From Heterodontus francisci (Eukaryota), in contig NC_090413.1 of NCBI RefSeq assembly GCF_036365525.1, positions 26,798,262-26,862,261 of the forward strand: a stretch of 64,000 nucleotides of DNA, read 5' to 3'. Shown here piece by piece: positions 1-12,200 of the stretch (position 1 is its first letter; each line of letters starts with the position of its first letter). Both the position numbers and the translations under genes were made by a program. The notes under the pieces are model-generated. The model was not told the DNA's origin, ran no database searches, and saw only the letters and a list, made by a program, of their open reading frames with translations.

Positions 1-1866
1 TGACAGGGTGGAGGGGATGTTGGAGTGTGACAGGGTGGAGGGGATGTTGGAGTGTGACAGGGTGGAGGGGATGTTGGAATGTGACAGGGTGGAGGGGATG
101 TTGGAGTGTGACAGGGTGAGGGGATGTTGGAATGTGACAGGGTGAGGGGATGTTGGAATGTGACAGGGTGGAGGGGATGTTGGAGTGTGACAGGGTGAGG
201 GGATGTTGGAATGTGACAGGGTGAGGGGATGTTGGAATGTGACAGGGTGGAGGGGATGTTGGAGTGTGACAGGGTGAGGGGATGTTGGAATGTGACAGGG
301 TGAGGGGATGTTGGAATGTGACAGGGTGGAGGGGATGTTGGAGTGTGACAGGGTGAGGGGATGTTGGAATGTGACAGGGTGGAGGGGATGTTGGAGTGTG
401 ACAGGGTGAGGGGATGTTGGAGTGTGACAGGGTGAGGGGATGTTGGAATGTGACAGGGTGGAGGGGATGTTGGAGTGTGACAGGGTGAGGGGATGTTGGA
501 GTGTGACAGGGTGAGGGGATGTTGGAGTGTGACAGGGTGGAGGGGATGTTGGAGTGTGACAGGGTGAGGGGATGTTGGAGTGTGACAGGGTGGAGGGGAT
601 GTTGGAGTGTGACAGGGTGAGGGGATGTTGGAATGTGACAGGGTGGAGGGGATGTTGGAATGTGACAGGGTGAGGGGATGTTGGAGTGTGACAGGGTGAG
701 GGGATGTTGGAGTGTGACAGGGTGAGGGGATGTTGGAGTGTGACAGGGTGGAGGGGATGTTGGAGTGTGACAGGGTGAGGGGATGTTGGAATGTGACAGG
801 GTGAGGGGATGTTGGAGTGTGACAGGATGAGGGGATGTTGGAGTGTGACAGGGTGGAGGGGATGTTGGAGTGTGACAGGGTGAGGGGATGTTGGAGTGTG
901 ACAGGGTGAGGGGATGTTGGAGTGTGACAGGGTGGAGGGGATGTTGGAGTGTGACAGGGTGAGGGGATGTTGGAATGTGACAGGGTGAGGGGATGTTGGA
1001 GTGTGACAGGGTGAGGGGATGTTGGAGTGTGACAGGGTGAGAGAATGTTGGTGAGGGTGAGGGGATGTTGGAGTGTGACAGGGTGAGGGGATGTTGGAGT
1101 GTGACAGGGTGGAGGGGATGTTGGAGTGTGACAGGGTGAGGGGATGTTGGAGTGTGACAGGGTGAGGGGATGTTGGAATGTGACAGGGTGAGGGGATGTT
1201 GGAGTGTGACAGGGTGAGGGGATGTTGGAGTGTGACAGGGTGAGGGGATGTTGGAGTGTGACAGGGTGAGGGGATGTTGGAGTGTGAGGGGGAGGGGATG
1301 TTGGAGTGTGAGGGGGAGGGGATGTTGGAGTGTGAGGGGGAGGGGATGTTGGAGTGTGACAGGGGGAGGGGATGTTGGAGTGTGACAGGGTGAGGGGATG
1401 TTGGAGTGTGACAGGGTGAGGGGATGTTGGAGTGTGACAGGGTGGAGGGGATGTTGGAGTGTGACAGGGTGAGGGGATGTTGGAGTGTGAGGGGGAGGGG
1501 ATGTTGGAGTGTGACAGGGTGGAGGGGATGTTGGAGTGTGACAGGGTGAGGGGATGTTGGAGTGTGACAGGGTGGAGGGGATGTTGGAGTGTGACAGGGT
1601 GAGGGGATGTTGGAGTGTGACAGGGTGAGGGGATGTTGGAGTGTGAGGGGGAGGGGATGTTGGAGTGTGACAGGGTGAGGGGATGTTGGAGTGTGACAGG
1701 GTGGAGGGGATGTTGGAGTGTGACAGGGTGGAGGGGATGTTGGAGTGTGACAGGGTGAGGGGATGTTGGAGTGTGACAGGGTGAGGGGATGTTGGAGTGT
1801 GAGGGGGAGGGGATGTTGGAGTGTGACAGGGTGGAGGGGATGTTGGAGTGTGACAGGGTGGAGGGG
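1..1866. repeat. G-rich minisatellite, 22-23 bp unit TGACAGGGTG(G)AGGGGATGTTGGA(G/A)TG, truncated by window start; intronic in lectin gene A
   Basis: Directly visible tandem array with unit variants; related shorter array at ~18985-19501. Confidence 0.98.
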
Positions 1867-2455
1867 ACATGGCAGAAGATGGGATTGGGGTTTGAGTACT
1901 TGAGGCTTCCTGTGCTGCTGATGCAATTCATTCAGAACCTAATACCCTTCAAGAGATAATGGGGCTAATTTCCCTCCCCCGGGATCTCAGTGTAAGTTTG
2001 ATCCTGTGCTTTCCACAGGTGCCAACTTGATCCCAGCTGAACCTGGCCGTGTTTTTAATATCCAGCACTGAGTTGGAAGCACCTCAGAATCTGGACACGG
2101 CCAATAGCAAGGAGGGAATTTGTGCGCTATTTAATGTTGAAAGGGCTTACTGGGCAGGAGGAAGTTGAGCATCTGTTTATGGTGGGAGCAGGAACCTGGC
2201 TTTGAAAAGGACATAGTGGCGGTTTTGCTGCAACAAGACAGCTCATCAGTAATGTCACGACTACTGTGAGGTCAGCTTGCCCGTCGATCATCTGGCACAG
2301 AGTCTGAGAGCAGATCCATTTCTGAACTGGTAATGGATGGTGTTATTGTCTATGCCAACAGTAACACATCCACAGCATATTGCCAACCTCTCCAATAACT
2401 CACCATGTGCCAGGTAGTGTCTGCTGCAAAGTGTTAGAAACCAAAAGAGATAAGT

Positions 2456-2788
2456 CAGGTTGCCAACCTTAGATGGACATTTTCCTGAAGGTTTCATCTC
2501 GAAACACCCCGCCCCCACACTCTCACCCTTGGTCGCCGAACATGTGCATCCTCAGAATGTGAACAGACTCTTCATTTTCTGATTGAATGATTGTTGACTG
2601 TCAGTCAAACAGCATTTATTTCCTGTCTTTATCTAACTAGTGAACAAATATATTCAAATAATTTTTTAAAAAACACAGTGTCTGCTAATGCCCCTGTAAT
2701 TCTTCTCCTGGCTGATGCTTTTGCAGCGTCCAGGAAATTAATCTTTAATTCCTGGGGATGTCAGGGCACTCCTGAGGGTGGTAACCTG
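2456..2788. mobile_element. Old non-autonomous DNA transposon (hAT-like MITE)
   Basis: Imperfect terminal inverted repeats CAGGTTGCCAACC ... GGTGGTAACCTG; right half homologous to ~19820-19917 in paralog B; no TSD seen. Confidence 0.45.
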
Positions 2789-2892
2789 GAGTCAAACCTA
2801 CCTGAGGCCCCATTACAGACTCCGCGGGTAAACTAATGTATTAAATAGATCCCCTTTTCTGAATTACTCATTCGATTTCCATCCTTGTGCAG

Positions 2893-3005
2893 TATTTTCT
2901 GACATTAGAAAGTGAAAACAAACGATTCTGGATTGGTCTGCATGATCAAGAGAATGAGCATGTGTGGCAATGGGTGGATGGCACAGACTATGAGAGAACA
3001 CTAAC
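2893..3005 (+). CDS. Lectin A CRD exon (WIGL)
   Basis: tgcag|TAT...CTAAC|gtaag, 113 nt, same size as paralog exon 20016-20128. Confidence 0.92.
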
Positions 3006-3615
3006 GTAAGTTCATTTAACATTTATACAATGCAAGTGCTGGAGACTTCTAAGAAAGGGTGAAGGAAGGGGGGGAAAAAAACTCAGTCCAGAGTTCTTAA
3101 CCCTGATTGCTGTGTGGGATCTCCCACTGCAAAGTGTGCAGGTGGTGGTGTTCCCATGCATCTGCTGCCCTTGTCCTTCTAGGTGGTCGAGGTCGTGGGT
3201 TTGGAAGGTGCTGTCGAAGGAGGCTTCATTTGGAAGTGTGCACGTTCTTTCTGCCCTGCATGGTGAGGACTTGGGGCTGTGTAGTGCCTGAAAAATGGGC
3301 ACTAGGTGAACCAAATCCTGTGAAGCACCTTGGGGTGTTGTATTATTTTGAAGGTGCTATATAAATGCAAATTGTTGCTCTTTTTTTACAATTCAAGCAT
3401 TAGCTAGTAAAACTACTTCCCAGGCAATCTGCCGTGGCACATTTATTAACATCTCTGTGGACTTTTATGTTTAAAGGTTTTGGAATGAAGGGGAACCAAA
3501 CAATGCCGGGAATACTGAGGATTGTGTCCACACTGATGATGGAGGAAAATGGAACGACAACAGTTGCTCTGCAAAGTTCCTCTGGATCTGTGAGCTAAAG
3601 GCCAAGTCAACTTGA
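2893..3615 (+). CDS. Type II C-type lectin receptor A (CD209/CLEC4/CLEC17A-like), last two CRD exons; 5' part lies upstream of the window
   Basis: join(2893..3005,3477..3615): YFLTLESENKRFWIGLHDQENEHVWQWVDGTDYERTLT / FWNEGEPNNAGNTEDCVHTDDGGKWNDNSCSAKFLWICELKAKST*; WIGL, EPN and WND motifs; AG/GT sites in phase. Confidence 0.93.
3477..3615 (+). CDS. Lectin A terminal CRD exon (EPN, WND)
   Basis: taaag|G TTT TGG ... TGA at 3613-3615. Confidence 0.92.
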
Positions 3616-4126
3616 AATGCCTGCCGCACGTCTCGATAATACAAATGACATTTTCTGAATTGTCAGTTCATATCTGAAACAAGTACAATATTCCAGGCTG
3701 AGTGGCACTACACTCAACTCAACTCAACCTTGTCAAGTGGAGGCCAAGCACCTAAGTTGCAATGGGTTTCCCTACATTACAACAGTGACGACCCTTCAAA
3801 AGTACTGAATTGCCGTAAAGCTCATTGAGACGTCTTGAGGATTTTGCAGGCACGATATAAATGCGAGTCTTCCTTTCAGTTCCGTGTGACCAACATCACT
3901 CTGTACATTAACATGCCTCGGTATTAACGGTAGAGGTGTTTTCTATATTGAGATTGTTCGCGGTCTGTGCCTGTTTTTACACTCTGTTTATTTTACAGCT
4001 AAATGCATAAAGACAAATATGTTATATTTCTTTAGTTTCATTCCTTTTTTGCTTTCTGTACCAAGTCCGACTTACTCCTGTTGTATTTCCAGTCAGTTTG
4101 TCAATTCATTAGATTTGAGACATCAT

Positions 4127-4132
4127 AATAAA
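4127..4132 (+). terminator. Putative polyadenylation signal of lectin A
   Basis: AATAAA about 510 nt after the stop, followed by a GT/T-rich tract (~4150-4175). Confidence 0.6.
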
Positions 4133-4673
4133 ACCTCAATGTTATTGATTGTGCATGTGTGTGTGTGTGTGTTTTAAGCACAGGTTAGTGGGTTCACATT
4201 AATTTCCTGTCTGTGCTCTTCTAACATGTTAATTAACCCTTTTGTTTTAGATTGAGTCAGCGCTGTGTTAAAATAGCACAGCCAGAGATCTACTGAAAAT
4301 GTGTTAACCATGGCACATGAGAAATCAAACCAGCGGATGTATCTAAACATGAACTGTACTCAGAGAACAGGATTCCCAGATGCCTGAGTGCACAATCCGT
4401 CCCGACTGTTGAGATAGCTACACGGACAACAATGCCCAGACAAAGAACAGGGAGAACAACACTGGAAAAAAAAAATAGATCAAAATAAAACATGTTCAAA
4501 AAGTGAACGACGAGGGATTTCCTTCGGAGCTGCTCCTGGACCATCCCCAGAAATGTGGTGGAAAGCTCCGAGGAAATTTCCGACCAATGGTTTACACCAT
4601 CATCGTTTAATGTCCTTGGTGTCCTCCTCTCTTCACTCATCCTCAACCCTCCACCAAGCCGGGGTTGAAATGT

Positions 4674-4970
4674 CTTTTTTTAATTCGTTCATGGGATGTG
4701 GGCGTCACTGGCCAGGCCAGCATTTATTGCCCATCCCTAATTGCCCTTGAGAAGGTGATGGTGAGCAGCCTTCTTGAACCGCTGCAGTCCATTTGGGGTA
4801 GGTACACCCACAGTACTGTTAGGAAGGGAGTTCCAGGATTTTGACCCCGCGACAGTGAAGGAACGGTGATATAGTTCCAATTCAGGATGGCGTGTGGCTT
4901 AGATGGGAACTTGCAGGTGGTGGTGTTCCCATGCATCTGCTGCCCTTGTCCTTCTAGGTGGTCGAGGTCG
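4674..4970 (-). mobile_element. Inverted 3' end (~300 bp, with tail) of the adjacent LINE family
   Basis: Reverse complement of ~7580-7880, about 20 differences in ~290 nt by eye. Confidence 0.9.
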
Positions 4971-7881
4971 ACCCAGGCACCAGAAACGACAACGGCAAAC
5001 CCAGCCCTGTCGACCCTGCAAAGCCCTCCTTACTAACATCTGGGGGCTTGTGCCAAAGTTGGGAGAGCTGTCCCACAGACTAGTCAAGCAACAGCCTGAC
5101 ATAGTCATACTCACGGAATCATACCTTACAGACAATGTCCCAGACACTGCCATCACCAGACCCGGGTATGTCCTTTCCCACCGGCAGGACAGACCCACCA
5201 GAGGTGGTGGCACAGTGGTATACAGTAGGGAGGGAGTTGCCCTGGGAGTCCTCAACATCGACTCCAGACCCCATGAAGTCTCATGGCATTAGGTCAAACA
5301 TGGGCAAGGTAACCTCCTACTGATTACCATCTACCGCCCTCCCTCAGTTGATGACTCAGTACTCCTCCATGTTGAACACCACTTGGAGGAAGCACTGGGG
5401 GTAGCAAGGGCACAAAATGTACTCTGGGTGGGGGACTTCAATGTCCATCACCAAGAGTGGCTCGGTAGCACCACTACTGACCGAGCTGGCCGAGTCCTAA
5501 AGGACATAGCTGCTAGACTGGGTCTGCAGCAGGTGGTGGGGGAACCAACACGAGGGAAGAACATACTTGACCTCGTCCTCACCAATCTGCCTGCCGCAGA
5601 TGCATCTGTCCATGACAGTATTGGTAGGAATGACCACCGCACAGTCCTTGTGGAGATGCAGTCCCACCTTCACATTGAGGATACCGTCCATCATGTTGTG
5701 TGGCACTATCACCGTGCTAAATGGGTTAGATTTCGAACAGATCTAGCAATGCAAAACTGGGCATCCATGAGGCACTGTGGGCCATCAGCAGCAGCAGAAT
5801 TGTACTCAACCACAATCTGTAACCTCATGGCCCAGCATATCCCACACTCTACCATTACCATCAAGCCAGGAGACCAACCCTGGTTCAATGAAGAGTGCAG
5901 GAGGGCATGCCAGGAGCAGCACCAGGCATACCTCAAAATGAGGTGTCAACCTGGTGAAGCTACAACACAGGACTATCTGCATGCCAAACTGCGTAAGCAG
6001 CATGCGATAGACAGAGCTAAGCGATCCCATAACCAACGGATCAGATATAAGCTCTGCAGTCCTGCCACATCCAGCCGTGAATGGTGGTGGACAATTAAAC
6101 AAATAACTGGAGGAGGTGGCTCCACAAATATCCCCATCCTCAATGATGGGGGAGCCCAGCACATCAGTGCAAAAGATAAGGCTGAAGCATTTGCAACAAT
6201 CTTCAGCCAGAAGTGCCGAGTTGATGATCAATCTCGGCCCCCTCCTGAATTCCCCAGCATCATAGATGCCAGACTTCAGCCAATTTGATTCACTCCGTGT
6301 GATATCAAGAAACAACTGAAGGCACTGGATACTGCAAAGGCTCTGACAGTATTCTGGCAATATTACTGAAGACTTGTGCACCAGAACTTGCAGCGCACTT
6401 AGCCAAGCTGTTCCAGTACAGCTACAACACTGGCATCTACCCTGCAATGTGGAAAATTTCCGAACTTTGACCTGTACACAAAAGGCAGGACAAGTCCAGC
6501 CCAGAAACTACCGCCCCATCAGCCTACTCTCAATCGTCAGTAAAGTGATGGAAGGTGTCATCAACAGTGCCATCAAGCGGCACTTGCTTAGCAATAACCT
6601 GCTCAGTGACGCTCAGTTTGGGCTCTGCCAGGGCCACTCAGCTCCTGACCTCATTACAGCCTTGGTTCAAACATGGACAAAAGAGCTGAACTCAAGAGGT
6701 GAAGTGAGAGTGATTGCCCTTGACATCAAGGCAACATTTGACCGAGTATGGCATCAAGGAGCCCTAGCAAAACTGAGGTCAATGGGAATCAGGGGGAAAA
6801 CCCTCTGCTGGCTGGAGTCATACCTAACACAAAGGAAGATGGTTTTGGTTGTTGGAGGTCAATCATCTGAGCTCCAGGACATCACTGCAGGAGTTCCTCA
6901 GGGTAGTGTCCTAGGCCCAACCATCTTCAGCTGCTTCATCAATGACCTTCCTTCAATCATTAGGTCAGAAGTGGGGATGTTCGCTGATGATTGCACAATG
7001 TTCAGCACCATTCGCGACCCCTTCTGATACTGAAACAGTCCGTGCAGAAATGCAGCAAGACCTGGATAATATCCAGGATTGGGCTGACAAGTGGCAAGTA
7101 ACATTCGTGCCACACAAGTGCCAGGCAATGACCATCTCCAACAAGAGAGAATCTAACTATCTCCCCTTGACATTCAACAGCATTACCATCGCTGAATCCC
7201 CCACTATCAACATCATAGGGGCTACCATTGACCAGAAACTGAACTGGAGTAGCCATATAAATACTGTGGCTACAAGAGCAGGTCAGAGGCTAGGAATCCT
7301 GAGGTGAGTAACTCACCTCCTGACTCCCCAAAGCCTGTCCACCATCTACAAGGCACAAGTCAGGAGTGTGATGGAATACTCTCCACTTGCCTGGATGAGT
7401 GCAGCTCGAACAACACTCAAGAAGCTCGACACCATCCAGGACAGAGCAGCCCGCTTGATTGGCCCCCCATCTAGAAACATTCACTCCTCCACCACCGACA
7501 CATAGTGGCAGCAGTGTGTACCATCTCCAAGATCCATTGCAACAATGCACCAAGGCTCCTTCGACAGCACCTTCCAAACCCTCGACCTCTATCAACTAGA
7601 AGGACAAGGGCAGCAAATACATGGGAACACCACCACCTGCAAGTTCCCCTCCAAGCCACACACCATCCTGACTTGGAACTATATCACCGTTCCTTCACTG
7701 TCGCTGGGTCAAAATCCTGGAACTCCCTTCCTAACAGCACTGTGGGTGTACCTACCCCACATGGGCTGCAGCGGTTCAAGAAGGCAGCTCACCACCACCT
7801 TCTCAAGGGCAATTAGGGATGGGCAATAAATGCTGGCCTGGCCAGCGATGCCCACATCCGAAGAATGAATTTTTTTAAAAA
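4971..7881 (+). mobile_element. Decayed non-LTR retrotransposon (CR1/Jockey group, Crack/Daphne-like): APE endonuclease + reverse transcriptase
   Basis: ORF pieces with [61 protein letters not shown]; several stops and frameshifts; AATAAA near the 3' end. Confidence 0.93.
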
Positions 7882-9124
7882 TTCCTAACGCCTTTACTTA
7901 CAGTCCTCCACTGGCTATCTCACCGCCAATGAGAGAGCACAATTTAGAGAGCCCAAAGTGGTCTCAATACTGGGACCAGACCAAATTCAAAGCTTGCACA
8001 CCACGACATTCTATTGAGTAAAGGATAGGAACTCTATTGAACTGCTAAATGTCTCGTAGCTTTGCTGCAGGAAAACAAATAAATTTAACCAAACTCCTCA
8101 GGCAGGAATCTCACAGAATTGGCTGGAATCCCAGTTTTACACTCCACCCAATATCGCTGGGAAATGGCTGAGTGGTTACAATTTGGAATTCACTACCAGA
8201 TGCAGTGGTTGATGCAAATAGTGTAGAAGTATTTAAAAAGAAGCTCGATATGTACACAATGGAGAAAGGAATAGAAAGTTTCCTGATAGGGTTAGTTGAA
8301 CAGAGCTAAGAGGTGGTTCCTGTGGAGCATTAACACTGGGATGGACTAGTTGAGCTGAATGGCCCATTTGTGCTGTGAATTTTATGTAATTAATGTTCTC
8401 ATGGTAGCTTGCAAAGGGCAAAAAACTCTGCCTTGTCAGCATTGCACACATCCCAGGAACAAATTGGAAAGAAAGCCCAGTTGGATTACAGCCCTTTAAT
8501 CGCTGCAGCTCAGTTTGAATCAAGCCCTGATTTCTGACACGCAGTTGTCTGCATTTCCAATAATTTTGGTCACCGTTTAGGTTTTATTGCATTGCAACTT
8601 CTATTTCAAACTTTTATCCTACATACTTCCACCAGGCATCTCACTTGCAGCAGGGGAATCGGACGGGAATTCCTTTGTGTGGATTCCATTGGCACTTCTG
8701 GATCTGGAGGAGGAAGCTCAGTGGTTCAGGAGAAGGCATAAACTGTGGGTGTGATTGCTCCTCAGGCAATATATCGCACCCGTCCTTATCCATCATTCTA
8801 TGTGCAAACCTTGGATGGAATTCTGACTCCCTGAAGCTCAAAACATGAGAAAATACTTTTCTGAAATGTGTGCATCATTAATGCTGAGAGTTGCAGTTTA
8901 GTCAATTTGATCATTACCACCTTTTCCTTCCTTCTGTAATATTTACATCATTCATAAATGTCAGTGTCAGCTTTACTTGAACTGGTTTCAATTCTGCAAA
9001 CGGGCGGCTTCCTTGGATTTTAGAAACTGCTCTTGATCTTCAATGTAACAGACAACATAAAGTGACCCATTGCCTTTACAGCTCATTGCGTCGCCCAGCG
9101 CCAGTTTCTGCATCGTCTTACAGA

Positions 9125-9209
9125 ATGGCTGGGGAAACTGCCATTGACGATTATGAGAATTTCAACCTTGAGAGCGAACAAAATCAGCAACAGGCTAAGT
9201 GGATTCCAG
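9125..9209 (+). CDS. Lectin B exon 1 (cytoplasmic tail)
   Basis: MAGETAIDDYENFNLESEQNQQQAKWIP; agaATGG Kozak context; donor gtatat. Confidence 0.75.
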
Positions 9210-12200
9210 GTATATTTTAGTGCAGTGAAGGCAGGAATAAGTGAGCCCAAGTGGGTATTCTTTTGCCTTGAGTATTTTGTTGTTTAAACAGTCAAGAGAG
9301 CTACAGAATATCTGGTTCGCTGGTTTTGCATGAGGGGGACCATTGCTCTTGATGACATCTTGTTAGTCAAGATCTTCTTCGATAATGTCTTCCTTGGCCT
9401 GGGAAATGTCCACATAAAACTGACATTGCAAGGGAGACCGATCCTCTCAGTCAGCTCCTTGTTATTTAAGATACCTTGCAGTATTTGCTGAATCTCTTAG
9501 CAACTTACTGTTTGCTTCCTTATCGCTAACTGTTTGTACAACAACAACTTATATTTATATAGCATCATTAACGTAGCAAAACATCCCAAGGTGCTTCACA
9601 GGAGCATTATCAAACAAAGTTTGTCACCAAGCCGTGTAAGAAGATATTAGGACAAAAGCTTGGTCAAAGAGGTAGGCTTAAGGAACATCTAAAAAGAGGA
9701 AAGAGAGGAGGAGAGGTTTAGGGAGGGAATTCCAGAGCTTAGGTCCAGGCAGCTGAAAGCACAGCCACCAATGGTGGAGCAATGAAAATCAGGGATATTG
9801 AAGAGACCAGAATTGGAGGAGCGCAGAGATAGGGAGGGATGAGGCCATGGAGGGATTTGAAAACTAGAAAAATAACATTCACTTTGAAGATGTGACAAAG
9901 CCTATCTGACTGTACTCTTGTGCTAACCGCTGCACTGCAGTTGATTCAGCAATAGAATGTCTTGCTGTAATTTTCCAGATTTGTTTTATTCTTGTAAACC
10001 GATTCCGTGAGCCCCAAATTCCTGGGCTCAGCCGTAGGAGAAGTCCTCGAGCTCTTTTAAGGTGTCAACTGTGGCTCTGTGATAGTCCTCTCGCCTCCAA
10101 GTCAGAAGGTTGTGAGTTCACTAACCAGTCCAGGGATTTGAGCACATTATCTAAACTGACATCCTTGTGCGATACTGAGGGCTGCACTGTCAGAAGTATT
10201 GTCTTTCAAATGAGATGCAAAACCGAGGCCTCAGCTGATCTGGCAGGTGGGACTAAAAGATCCCAAGGCACTACGTGAAGAAGAGCAGAGCAGTTCTGCC
10301 TGGTGTCCTGGCCAATGATTATCTCTCAAAACTGATGACCTGGTTCTTATCTTATTACTGTTTCGGGATCTTACTGTGCTCAAATTGTTTCCTACACTAT
10401 AACACTTCAGAAATACTTCATTAGCTGTAGAATGTTTTGGGATGACCTGAGGATGTTAAAAGCTCGATATAAATCCACTGTTTCTGTTACATGTTCCTGA
10501 TATTTGGTATTAGTATTCTCAAGGCTACAGCTTGAAAGAATCAATGGTAATAGTGTGCTTATTGGCAGTAATTGGGTTTCCTCATCATTACGAAGATTTG
10601 AACACCATATAATATGATATTCTAACCAGTACCATCTTTGGAATATCTCAGATAGCCGATTCAAGTCACACATCTGTGGAAAGGGGCTGATGCTCCTAAT
10701 TTTCATCGTCCTCAGTGTCTTCCTCATTCTTCTGATCACCGGAGTCATTAAATGTAAGTAACTTTACACTTTTGTCCATGTTGTTCTTTTTTTATTCACT
10801 CTTGGAGTATGAGCATTGCTGGCAAGGGCAGCATTTATTGCCCATCCCTAGTTGCCTTTGAGAAGGTGGTAGGTTTTAGACTTGAATTGCTACAGTCCAT
10901 GTGGTGAAGGTTCTGCCACAATGGATTCAGACTTGGTAATTAAACACAACTGTCCAACAACAGCATTGTTTCCAGGTCAACTTAGGTGTGACTGATTGTA
11001 ACAAAGGAGGCAATTTATTGAGACAAGTCATTTAATGACACATAGCGTCACCGACTCTGGGACGTTTTAATGTAAAACTATGGCACTGAGGTAGCCAAAG
11101 CTTCAGTGTGGGCAAGTATAGAAACTTCCAGAATGTGGCTCCGTGTCAAATCATTTCCCCTTCTTGCAAGCCCATCAATGTATTCTTCAAGACTGTTCTG
11201 GAATCGTTACATTGGGTCTGGCTATATGATCAGCAATCTGCAAGCTTTGTTCGAAAGAGAACATGTTTAAAGAACTTGTGCAAATGACTGTAGAAAGCCA
11301 GATTAATAGACTGACCCTCCAAAACTTAGAGTCTATGTCATTTACTTATGGATATGTCTGGATAAGATTATATTTATGCCTCACACATCAGGTATAACAA
11401 TGAGAAGCTAATTGTATTAAGTTATGCTACAAGATGGTTATCGAACATTTGCTTAATCTGCCTCATTAATCAAGCAACATCAGCTGGTTTCTGAAGGGTA
11501 AGAGGCCAGTGTAACAAAGTGGAATATTGTCCTTTCATGGCCCTTGGTGCGAAGCTGGCCGACAATCAAAGTTTCTTCTTTCTGACGGCTCCCAAGAATC
11601 CTGAGTGAAATCAGTTTAATGTAGGTGCCAATGAGTTCAAAATAGGCTGGAGGACAAAGTCATAACTCGATACTAATGAGACCAAACTGGGCAGATTTAC
11701 TTCGGAGAGATAACATCTAGAAATACCAACACTCCACCACACAGAATAAGAGGCATGCAAAAGGCAAAATATTGCGGATGCTGAAAATATGAAATAGAAA
11801 CAGAAAATGCTGGTAATATTCAGTATGTCCAGCAGCATCTGAAGCATTAACTGGGTTTCTCTTCACAAATGCTGATGAGTATTTCCAGTGTTCACTGTTT
11901 ATATTACAGGATAACAGGGGCCAGAATTTTATCACCCCACCTCAAAGAGCAGGCTGGTAGCCAATTAACGGCCACTTAAGGGCCTCTTCCCGCCCCCATG
12001 GGGATTTTACCATTGACAGGCCTGAGAAAAGCCACCTGACAAATGTTGGCGGCCTTTTGACGGCCTGGGGGGGGGGTCCCGCCTGATCGGGCATCCTGTG
12101 CCCGATGGAGGGACGCCCTTAAAGCCCCAACTACCCCAAACACCCACTCTGTCCCCCGCCCCCCAATTGACCCCCCCCCCTTGCCTCGCCAGGAAACAAC

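Noticed and set aside
1-1866. CRISPR-like array
   Set aside because: Units are contiguous with no unique spacers, there are no cas genes, and the context is a vertebrate intron
5383-7307. Functional endonuclease/RT gene
   Set aside because: Multiple stops and frameshifts; dead LINE copy
8640-9124. NF-kB/PU.1 motifs upstream of lectin B (GGGAATTCCT at 8665)
   Set aside because: Isolated imperfect short matches expected by chance; not enough to call
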